From the IMG/VR virus record IMGVR_UViG_3300005529_000001, positions 186,001 through 250,000 of that record: a stretch of 64,000 nt of DNA. The stretch is one strand, 5' to 3'. Below are positions 56,971-64,000 of this stretch, piece by piece (the first letter of the stretch is position 1; every line of letters starts with the position of its first letter). A program made the translations under genes and the position numbers. Below the pieces are notes generated by a model. That model saw only the letters and a program-made list of their open reading frames with translations. It did no database searches and had not been told where the DNA came from.

Positions 56971-57462
56971 TCAGTCAGCTGCGGGTGGAAACAGGTCAGG
57001 ACGAGATTTCATCCATTCATCAGCTTCTTTAGCGAACTGTTCGACTTTCTCGGTCACCGTGTAGAGCAGCGAGTTCCCCCGTTTGCCTACGTCCTTGACC
57101 AAGCCTCGAACCAGGACGCCCTGGGCCAACGGTCCCGTCACATCGTTTGGGACTTCTTCATAGTTCCCAAGGAAACGACCCGGGGTCTCCGGGTCTTGGA
57201 CGAGTTGGCCGTGTTCGTTACGTTGCCACTGCATCTTCATTCTCGTTGCAGGGGCCCAGTACGAAACGTTGCTCGTTGGCTTGAAGCTAACGGGATCCTT
57301 GCCTTCAAGGCTATGAACTTGCTGCATCACCTCGGGACGGGTCAGCGGACGCCCAGCATGCCACAGAACATAACAGATCATGTGGACCTTGTCTCCGGGA
57401 TAGCCCCTGTCACCGACAGCTTCCCGGATCACGGACTTCAGCTCTGCGAGGGTCAGCTGCAT
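56971..57462 (-). CDS. Protein with shared N-terminal motif
   Basis: MQLTLAELKSVIREA; ATACATA (57468-57474) lies 5 nt upstream. Confidence 0.72.
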   Translation of the reverse strand: MQLTLAELKSVIREAVGDRGYPGDKVHMICYVLWHAGRPLTRPEVMQQVHSLEGKDPVSFKPTSNVSYWAPATRMKMQWQRNEHGQLVQDPETPGRFLGNYEEVPNDVTGPLAQGVLVRGLVKDVGKRGNSLLYTVTEKVEQFAKEADEWMKSRPDLFPPAAD

Positions 57463-57492
57463 GCTCATATGTATCGCGTGTGTCAGAAACGA

Positions 57493-57529
57493 CAAGCCCC
57501 GGGCATCGTTTCAGACGAGCCGGGACTTG
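57493..57529 (-). terminator. Terminator-like hairpin after tail tube gene
   Basis: CAAGTCCCGG...CCGGGGCTTG imperfect long stem followed by TCGTTTCT. Confidence 0.55.
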
Positions 57530-57551
57530 GAGGCAGGACCGCCGCTGTCTA

Positions 57552-58109
57552 CCGGTGACAGGAGAACCAGCGGCGCCCGCACCTGGCCGGAGTGCCAGGA
57601 ATCAGAACTGCAGAACGGCGTTGTCGAAGCGCAGCGTCAGGCTGATCTCAGCCAGGGTACCGTCTTCATAGGTGAGCTCGCCGAAGTTAGCTTCGGTTAT
57701 CCAGGCGCCCTTGATGTCCCAGAGCTCGACAACGGTGCCGACCGGGTCAAGCAGCTTCAGCTGGATGTCACGCTTGTAGAAGTCAGCGTAGCCAGCGCGG
57801 CCCGAGACAGTCTCCAGGGTCAGGCGGATCCACTCCATGACCTGCTGCGCGCCCGAGGGAGCGATCGGGTCATAGAGCGTCACAGCCAGGGTATTGAACT
57901 TCGTCAATCCCGCAAGGTAACGACGGAAGTTGATGAACGGCACCTCGACCTCTTCCGTGGTCACGGTCGGGCGTGCAGTGGTCTTCATGATGTAGGCGTC
58001 GATTCCCTCGATCATGAGCACCCAACGGTTCTTCCGCTTGGGTTCAAACTTGTTTGGAAGCATCGACGTTACGTCGAGTGTCTCAGCCATTTTTCTCTCC
58101 TGTCACCGG
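57552..58109. repeat. 14-bp perfect inverted repeat flanking tail tube gene
   Basis: ccggtgacaggaga (57552-57565) vs tctcctgtcaccgg (58096-58109). Confidence 0.9.
57602..58090 (-). CDS. Tail tube protein (T4 gp19-like)
   Basis: FEPKRKNRW, RPTV..EEVEVPFIN..RYLAG..F..L.VTLYD, LLDPVG..VELW...GAWI...NFGEL.Y. Confidence 0.9.
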   Translation of the reverse strand: MAETLDVTSMLPNKFEPKRKNRWVLMIEGIDAYIMKTTARPTVTTEEVEVPFINFRRYLAGLTKFNTLAVTLYDPIAPSGAQQVMEWIRLTLETVSGRAGYADFYKRDIQLKLLDPVGTVVELWDIKGAWITEANFGELTYEDGTLAEISLTLRFDNAVLQF

Positions 58110-58118
58110 GTTCGATCG

Positions 58119-58125
58119 TAACTAT
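58119..58125 (-). promoter_or_regulatory. Putative late promoter ATAGTTA
   Basis: Upstream of tube leader and SD. Confidence 0.55.
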
Positions 58126-58156
58126 CGGCCTTGCGAGTTCGCTGCCCCTTGCGGGA

Positions 58157-58564
58157 TCAGTTCTGTCCGTACATCGCCGCCTCGGCGGTCTGGACAAATT
58201 GCTTGATTCGTTTCAAATAGTTGGCAGCACTGTCTTCGTCGCCGATGCTGACGGCGTTCTCGAGACGTTCGACAGAAGCCTTCAGCATCCCGACCGTCTT
58301 GCCGACCTTTTCTAGGCGAGGGTTACCCTTGCTGATCTTCTTCTCGCTGCCGGAGTAGTTGAACAGGTCCTCATTCATGACGCTGTGCTCAATGAGCGCA
58401 TCATCATATTCTTCATCAACGATCTGTTGCAACTGTTCTAGCGTTACGATGGGCCCGCTGATCTGCACGGGCTCACGGTAAACGGGCACGTCTTCGCCAA
58501 GGTCCAGCTTACGCCGGACAGCTTCGCGGATGATGCTTCGGAGCTGGTTCTTTGTCACCTTCAT
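58157..58564 (-). CDS. Protein with shared N-terminal motif (plus an internal copy)
   Basis: MKVTKNQLRSIIREA; internal IVTLEQLQQIVDEE; TGATTTA at 58575-58581. Confidence 0.75.
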   Translation of the reverse strand: MKVTKNQLRSIIREAVRRKLDLGEDVPVYREPVQISGPIVTLEQLQQIVDEEYDDALIEHSVMNEDLFNYSGSEKKISKGNPRLEKVGKTVGMLKASVERLENAVSIGDEDSAANYLKRIKQFVQTAEAAMYGQN

Positions 58565-58578
58565 GAAGCTACCCTAAA

Positions 58579-61500
58579 TCACCCCTGTTGCGAGATGTTG
58601 TTCGTCACAACGAAGTCCAACGAGACGTACTCGAGCGACTTGGTGGGCTGGACGAAGATCTTCCCGCGGATGGTGTTGTTCTCGATGTCGAGCTGCGTCG
58701 TTGTCGAGGAGTCGATGACGACCTTGAAACGCTGCAGGCCAGCCTGGGCCTGGATCTTCTGCAAGACGGGGGTGACCGCCGCAGAGAACCGAGCCAGGGT
58801 TGCGTCACGGTTCTGCTCGAACAGGATGGTGTTGGCAATGTCACGGACCTGGCGACGGATCTCGATCAGGAGGCGCCGCACGTTGACACGGTCAAGGGCC
58901 GAAGCAGCTTGCTGGAGCGTCTTCTGTCCCCAGACCACCACGCCACCCTTCGGGTTGGTGCCGCCCGAAGCGTTGCCCGGGAAGGCGACCAACGGGTTGA
59001 CGTTGGCGTCGTAAAGGGCGTCCATGTTGGTCTTCGACAGCTTGACACGAGCCTCGAGGGTCGTCTGCAACGCACCACGAGTGAAGCCTGCGGGAGCGAA
59101 CCATGGGTGACCGACCGCGTCGTTGAGAGCGAGAGCGCCCAGGACGGCGACAGACGGGGGAGCAACGACGTTGTTGCCCGTGTTCGGATCGGGCATCACG
59201 ACGTCTGGGAAGTACGCTGCACCGAAGCTGCTGTTCACTGACCGCAGCAGGAAGTTCTGCAGCGTGTATGTCACGCTGGGCAGCTGCGTGTCGGTGGTGA
59301 CCAGCTGGTCGTTGTTATCATACTGGTCGATGTCCATCAAGAACATGCAATCAAAGCGCTGTTCACAAGCCGCCAATGCTGCGTCAGTGACGACCGGGTG
59401 CCTGATGCCGGGAACGGCGAGCAACATGATGTCCACGTTCGTGGTGTCGCTCATGATGTTGAGGCCAGCGTTGTAAGCTGACACTGTCGATCCGAGGTTG
59501 AAACCACGGTTCGATGCATTCATGTCATCTTCAACGGCGGTGTTCGTCAGCTGGCGCTGGTCGGGATCAAACAGGTTGGTCCCATCGAAACCTCCCTGGA
59601 CCATGAACGTCCACTTGAGGAAGCGCCTGTTGGCCTGGACGAAGTCGCTCGGCAACAGCGCACGGGTTGCAGCGGAGTTGTTCGTTGCAATGTTCCCGTT
59701 GCGGACATAGACTGCGTTCACCCACTGTGTCGGGTCGGCGATGCCAGCCGAGCTGGTGACGACCTGGATGTTCAGCAAGCTGAAGGCGTTGAAGTTGAAC
59801 CTGTCGGCGTCCATGATGGCGCCGTTGACGGTGGGTGCTCCGGGCTTGCCACCGTTCTCATACCCAATGCGGACGTTCTGCGCATCGGTGCGGAACTCGG
59901 GCAAGAACTTTGCAAAAGCATGCATTGACTGGTTTGCCAGCGTGCTCAAGTTCGGGGTTGACACACTAGCAACGTGCTCAAACTGCATGCCCCAGTACAG
60001 CAAGGGGTTGACCTGCAGCTTGGCGCCAGAGCCCTGCGTGATGTTCTGCCGCAGCGGGACCGGCGGCTCGATGACTTGGCTTGCCCAGGTGGTGCTGTTC
60101 AGCGCGATCTCGCTAGAGCTACCGCTGATCAACGAGTTTGCAGGCTGTGCCAGGCAACCGCCAGCTGTCACCAAGTGATGGATGCCACGAAGACCGACAG
60201 GCAACACCGTCGGATCGACCTGGCCGAGGTCAGTTGACGTATCCATCTCGATGCGGATGTAGTTCGAAGCGTTCGGGTACTGGCCATCAACGACCAGCTT
60301 CTGTGCGGTCGGTCCACGGTCAAAGTCAAAGAACGCGTGGGCGTCACCGATGACAGCAGCGATGTACCGTGAGTCGCTTGGGTTCAGCGTCAGGCCGCGG
60401 AACTGCTCGAGGTAGACGGGTGCTCCGTCGGTGTCACCCCACTGGCGGACGACCAGGTCAAAGGTGCCGTACTGGTTCAACGGATCGGTCGAGAGCGCGA
60501 TGTTCTCGATGCTGATCTTGTAAAGCCTGCTAACGTTGAAGCCGTCATCAAGGGCGTGGACGCGGAACAGGTTGTGGGGCTTGCCGCCGAACGGTTGTGA
60601 GACAACCCACGGTGACGTTGCGTGCTCAAACCGGTCACGGAAGTCCTCATAGTCGGGGACGGTCGATGAACCGTTGTCATACTGCAACGAGCTGGTCAAG
60701 ATGAACGCTGCAAACTCAGCGCCCGGAACGTTTGCAGACGCTGCGCCGGCGCCGAACGAGGAGCTGACGAGACCCGATCCGGTGACCACTGCCTGCGCAG
60801 GGTGGATATCATAGTGGCTGTAGAGGTAGTGACCTGCCTGTTGCAGGTTGTCAGGGTTGGTGTTCAGGACGTTCGCAAAGTAGTTTGGCGACGTCATGTC
60901 GAACGACGCGGTGATCACGTTCGGGAACAGTGGGTTCGTTCCCATGAGACCGTTAAGGAAGAGGACGAAGTCTTGCTTGGCGATCGACCCAGCGAACAAC
61001 GTCACGTCACCGATGCTTGCACCGTTGTTGTCAGTCGCTACTGCAGTTGCAGGCGGAGCAACGTTGGTCTGCGCTCCCGTGAGCGGGAACGAAGCTGACA
61101 GCGTCAGGATGACGCCTGAGGCGGCCATGATCATGCCGCGGACGATCGGGACACACGAACCGGACGTTGACGTTGTCTGGATGCCCGCAGACGAGAAGAA
61201 CGTTGAGCCGGCCGACTCGGACATGAAAGCGCCCAAGAAGTACGTACGACCCGACAGGTAGCTGGTCCGGCCTGGTTGGACGGGAGTTGCTCCCGTCGAT
61301 GACGTCGGGTTAGCATAAGGGTTTGGGCTCAGCTGACCATTGTTGTTGGGATCAGGTTCCTTTTCGCCGACTGTCCAGCCTGCGCCTGTCACGCCACCTG
61401 TTGCACTGTTGGGACCCGAGGGTTGGCTAGCGAGACCCTGCCGTGCTTGTCCCTGGCCAACGCCGAGCACCCTGACGTAGGTCAGCGCTTGCGCGTTGCG

Positions 61501-61725
61501 GAGCCACTCTGTCACCGCAAGCGGGCCAAACTTCCGGCCATCAGTCTGACCAAACTTTCCATAGAAGTCGTTGACCAGACCAACAGTGACAGGAACGAAT
61601 GCTGGGCCCTTCAAAGAAGTGCCAACAACGCCTGCTGGGGTGCCTGTCGGGGTGATCGCTAGCGGTTGAGAGAGATCGATCTCTGTCGTCGATACTCCTG
61701 GCGCGCCGAACTTGAGCTGTGACAT
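58579..61725 (-). CDS. Tail sheath protein 1
   Basis: FGAPGVSTTEIDLS N-term; WFAPAGFTRG, VVVWGQKTLQ..SALDRVNVRRLL, LEYVSLDF. Confidence 0.95.
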   Translation of the reverse strand: MSQLKFGAPGVSTTEIDLSQPLAITPTGTPAGVVGTSLKGPAFVPVTVGLVNDFYGKFGQTDGRKFGPLAVTEWLRNAQALTYVRVLGVGQGQARQGLASQPSGPNSATGGVTGAGWTVGEKEPDPNNNGQLSPNPYANPTSSTGATPVQPGRTSYLSGRTYFLGAFMSESAGSTFFSSAGIQTTSTSGSCVPIVRGMIMAASGVILTLSASFPLTGAQTNVAPPATAVATDNNGASIGDVTLFAGSIAKQDFVLFLNGLMGTNPLFPNVITASFDMTSPNYFANVLNTNPDNLQQAGHYLYSHYDIHPAQAVVTGSGLVSSSFGAGAASANVPGAEFAAFILTSSLQYDNGSSTVPDYEDFRDRFEHATSPWVVSQPFGGKPHNLFRVHALDDGFNVSRLYKISIENIALSTDPLNQYGTFDLVVRQWGDTDGAPVYLEQFRGLTLNPSDSRYIAAVIGDAHAFFDFDRGPTAQKLVVDGQYPNASNYIRIEMDTSTDLGQVDPTVLPVGLRGIHHLVTAGGCLAQPANSLISGSSSEIALNSTTWASQVIEPPVPLRQNITQGSGAKLQVNPLLYWGMQFEHVASVSTPNLSTLANQSMHAFAKFLPEFRTDAQNVRIGYENGGKPGAPTVNGAIMDADRFNFNAFSLLNIQVVTSSAGIADPTQWVNAVYVRNGNIATNNSAATRALLPSDFVQANRRFLKWTFMVQGGFDGTNLFDPDQRQLTNTAVEDDMNASNRGFNLGSTVSAYNAGLNIMSDTTNVDIMLLAVPGIRHPVVTDAALAACEQRFDCMFLMDIDQYDNNDQLVTTDTQLPSVTYTLQNFLLRSVNSSFGAAYFPDVVMPDPNTGNNVVAPPSVAVLGALALNDAVGHPWFAPAGFTRGALQTTLEARVKLSKTNMDALYDANVNPLVAFPGNASGGTNPKGGVVVWGQKTLQQAASALDRVNVRRLLIEIRRQVRDIANTILFEQNRDATLARFSAAVTPVLQKIQAQAGLQRFKVVIDSSTTTQLDIENNTIRGKIFVQPTKSLEYVSLDFVVTNNISQQG

Positions 61726-61742
61726 CTAGTGCCTCTGCGCTC

Positions 61743-61749
61743 TAAGTAT
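61743..61749 (-). promoter_or_regulatory. Putative late promoter ATACTTA
   Basis: Upstream of sheath 1 start. Confidence 0.6.
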
Positions 61750-61775
61750 CGGATCGTCACGTTTATGGACCCACG

Positions 61776-61826
61776 AAAGAAAACGGCCCGAGAAACTCAA
61801 CGAGCCCCTATGTAAAGGGCCCGTTG
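61776..61826 (-). terminator. Terminator-like region with alternative hairpins between sheath genes
   Basis: CAACGGGCCC/GGGCTCGTTG hairpin competes with GGCTC..GAG-TTT-CTC-GGGCC hairpin preceding TTTTCTTT. Confidence 0.5.
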
Positions 61827-61834
61827 TGAGTGAC

Positions 61835-64000
61835 TCACACGAACTGGACGCCGCTGTTCGTGATGATGAAGTCAACTGCGATGAACTCAACCACGCGGGT
61901 CGGGACCACGACGATCCGACCGTTCATCTTGTACTGGTCAACGTCAGCTTGCGAGTTGTTGGTCGAGTTGCAGATGACCTGGAAGGCTTCGATGCCTGCC
62001 TGGGTCTGGATCAGTCCCAGTTGCAACACTGCCTGTGCAGTGAACTTGTTCTGGGTGTCGGGCGTGTTCTGCTCGAACTCCAGTTGCAGAGCGATGTTGC
62101 TGATGATGCGCTTGACCTCCAGCAACAGACGCCTAACGTTGACCCGGTCAAGAGCCGAGGGCTTGGCTTGCAGTGTCTTCTGGCCGAAGATGACGAATCC
62201 CTGTCGTGGGAACGTTGCGATCGGGTTGATGCGGCTAGAGTACAGCGTGTCCCGGTCGCTCGAGTTGAGACGCACGCCCACGTTGACAACGAAGTCGAGC
62301 GCTGCGCGGTTGAAGCCCGCAGGAGCGAACCATGGGTAACCGATCTTGTCGTTGAAGCCCAGGGCTCCCAACGCTGCGATCGAAGCGGGCACCTTGACAC
62401 GACGGTTGTTGACCACGTCCTGGATGAAGACATCCGGGAAGTAGGTTCCCATGTAGTTGTTGTCGATAGCACGGGTGTTGAGACCGACGCTGGTCTGACC
62501 CACGTCTGCACGGACCGCGCTACCGTTTGCCCCGATGGTGGTCGAGTACAATCTGTTCTGTAGCTCGTCATAGTTTACCAGGTCCATGACGTAGAAGGCC
62601 AAGCCGTAGTCACGGACATGGCTTCCCGCGTAATCCGTCAGGAAGGGCTCTCGGATGCCCGGCATCGCCAGGATGTTGTGGTTGACCTGCATCGGGTCAG
62701 TCATGATGGTGAGGGCCGTGACGTACGAGGAGACGTTGGAGTTGCTCTGGCCCGTTCCGTTCATGTTGGCAGCAAACCCAGGCGGGATGAAGCCCGGGAA
62801 CGCACCGCCAGTATCACCCAACAGGTTCGAATCGAACGACGTTGACTTGTCGTTCATGCGGCTAGCGTCAGGATCCAAGAAGTTGACACCGTCCCAGCCG
62901 CCGGCCAAGAAGGTCGAGAACTTCAGGTAAGGAGCAAAGCGGTTGAACTGCTGTGCTGTTCCCTTGGCGAGCAAGGTTGCCAGGGTGACACGCCGGCTTG
63001 CCGTCTTCTGGTTGTTGAGCTCGACCGGATCGATGTAAACGTACGTCGCGCCATCCAGCACGCCGTTTCTGATGTAAGCTGCTTCACGCATGTGACCGTC
63101 GATCGACGCCGTCAAGCCGCTGAGGCTCGTCCCATCAAAGACGTCGGTGAAGTCGTTCGAAAGAGCAACCTTGGCCAGCGTGAACTTGTTGTCACAGAAC
63201 TGGTCTGCGCCTGCCCCGGTGACGAACGTGTCCAAGCCAGAGCAACCCAGGAACTGGGTGTAAGAGCTGATGCAGTTGTTTGCCACCGTCTCAACGTTCG
63301 GGTTGAGTGGGATGTCGAGACGCTCGAACTGGACGCCCCAGTACAACGGCGGGTAAGAGATCTCGGTGGGAGCGGGGTTGCCGAACCAGGACGTTGACGT
63401 CGGGCGGTTTCCCTTGGTCACCTTGGTGCGGAACGGAACTGGGGGCAAGACCGAACCAGTCAACGCGTTTGCGCTGCCCGAGGTCACGCCATACAGACGA
63501 GTGAAAGCTGCCTGGAGAGCGTTGCTTGCACCTGCCGACAGGACGCCGTTTGACGCACCATCAGTCAAGCTATCGTTGGTCTTCAACAGTGCCGCGCCGC
63601 GGAAACCGAAGGGCAAGCACTGCGGCGGCACTCGAGCCTGGTCAACTGCGTCAGTTGGGATGACGCGGATGTAAGCAGACTGGTTCTGGTACTTGCCACG
63701 TGACACGACACGTTGCTCGGTGCTGATCGTTGCATCAAAGTTGTAGTAGACCTTGCGATCGCCGATCACGTTAGCGATGTAGTTTGCAGCCGTCGGGTCA
63801 AGGCTCAGGTTGTTGAACTGCTCCAGGACGTTCGGGTTGATGTCGGTGTCATCCCAGCTGCGGACCTGCAACGCAAAGGTTCCGTACTTGTAGCTGTCAA
63901 CGGTCGATGCTTGCAGGTTGACGATGCTGATCTTGAAGAGGTTGTTGGCGTACTGGCCGTCATCGAGCGCTTCGACACGGAACAGGTCGTACTCCACCTT
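61835..64000 (-). CDS. Tail sheath protein 2 (5' part outside window)
   Basis: WFAPAGFNRA, FVIFGQKTLQ..SALDRVNVRRLL, VEFIAVDF; frame open to window end. Confidence 0.95.
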   Translation of the reverse strand, partial: KVEYDLFRVEALDDGQYANNLFKISIVNLQASTVDSYKYGTFALQVRSWDDTDINPNVLEQFNNLSLDPTAANYIANVIGDRKVYYNFDATISTEQRVVSRGKYQNQSAYIRVIPTDAVDQARVPPQCLPFGFRGAALLKTNDSLTDGASNGVLSAGASNALQAAFTRLYGVTSGSANALTGSVLPPVPFRTKVTKGNRPTSTSWFGNPAPTEISYPPLYWGVQFERLDIPLNPNVETVANNCISSYTQFLGCSGLDTFVTGAGADQFCDNKFTLAKVALSNDFTDVFDGTSLSGLTASIDGHMREAAYIRNGVLDGATYVYIDPVELNNQKTASRRVTLATLLAKGTAQQFNRFAPYLKFSTFLAGGWDGVNFLDPDASRMNDKSTSFDSNLLGDTGGAFPGFIPPGFAANMNGTGQSNSNVSSYVTALTIMTDPMQVNHNILAMPGIREPFLTDYAGSHVRDYGLAFYVMDLVNYDELQNRLYSTTIGANGSAVRADVGQTSVGLNTRAIDNNYMGTYFPDVFIQDVVNNRRVKVPASIAALGALGFNDKIGYPWFAPAGFNRAALDFVVNVGVRLNSSDRDTLYSSRINPIATFPRQGFVIFGQKTLQAKPSALDRVNVRRLLLEVKRIISNIALQLEFEQNTPDTQNKFTAQAVLQLGLIQTQAGIEAFQVICNSTNNSQADVDQYKMNGRIVVVPTRVVEFIAVDFIITNSGVQFV

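Noticed and set aside
57552-58109. Tail tube gene as an invertible DNA segment
   Set aside because: No recombinase nearby; inversion would separate the gene from its promoter and terminator, and one arm is the RBS itself, so RNA pairing is more parsimonious (not fully excluded).
1-64000. Stop-codon reassignment, tRNA genes, rRNA or CRISPR arrays
   Set aside because: Conserved genes are full length in code 11 and TGA, TAA and TAG all end genes; intergenic gaps are short and no cloverleaf or repeat-spacer pattern was recognised by eye (tRNAscan not run).

Overview
64 kb slice of a large (jumbo/huge) GC-rich myovirus genome, densely coding in the standard genetic code and almost all on the minus strand. 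Left and middle: replication, nucleotide-metabolism and host-takeover genes (oligoribonuclease, DnaE-type Pol III alpha, UDP-glucuronate decarboxylase, azurin-like lipoprotein, IscA, LD-carboxypeptidase, three DNA methyltransferases, RNA ligase, PNKP, RlaP-like nucleotidyltransferase, two dUTPase folds, two NMP kinases, ThyX, class II RNR, helicase, 5'-3' exonuclease, RecA, gp32-like SSB, HD protein, compact PolA). Right end: a contractile-tail module (putative hub, LysM/gp53-like protein, tube initiator, tape measure, assembly chaperone with a probable +1 frameshift, tail tube, two sheaths). Most notable unexplained structure: (1) about 12 unrelated proteins share an amphipathic N-terminal peptide ending in Glu, and each gene or its operon is preceded by an AT-rich late-promoter-like motif (NTA[CGT]TTA), which suggests a capsid-targeting/cargo system; (2) a perfect 14-nt complement pairs the tail-tube 5' leader (including its RBS) with a stem-loop in its own 3' UTR; (3) a truncated tail-tube paralog lies 29 kb from the tail module; (4) the RNR leader has two mutually exclusive hairpins; (5) many genes look leaderless. 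No tRNA, rRNA, CRISPR array or intein was recognised. All calls are by eye; no database searches were run.
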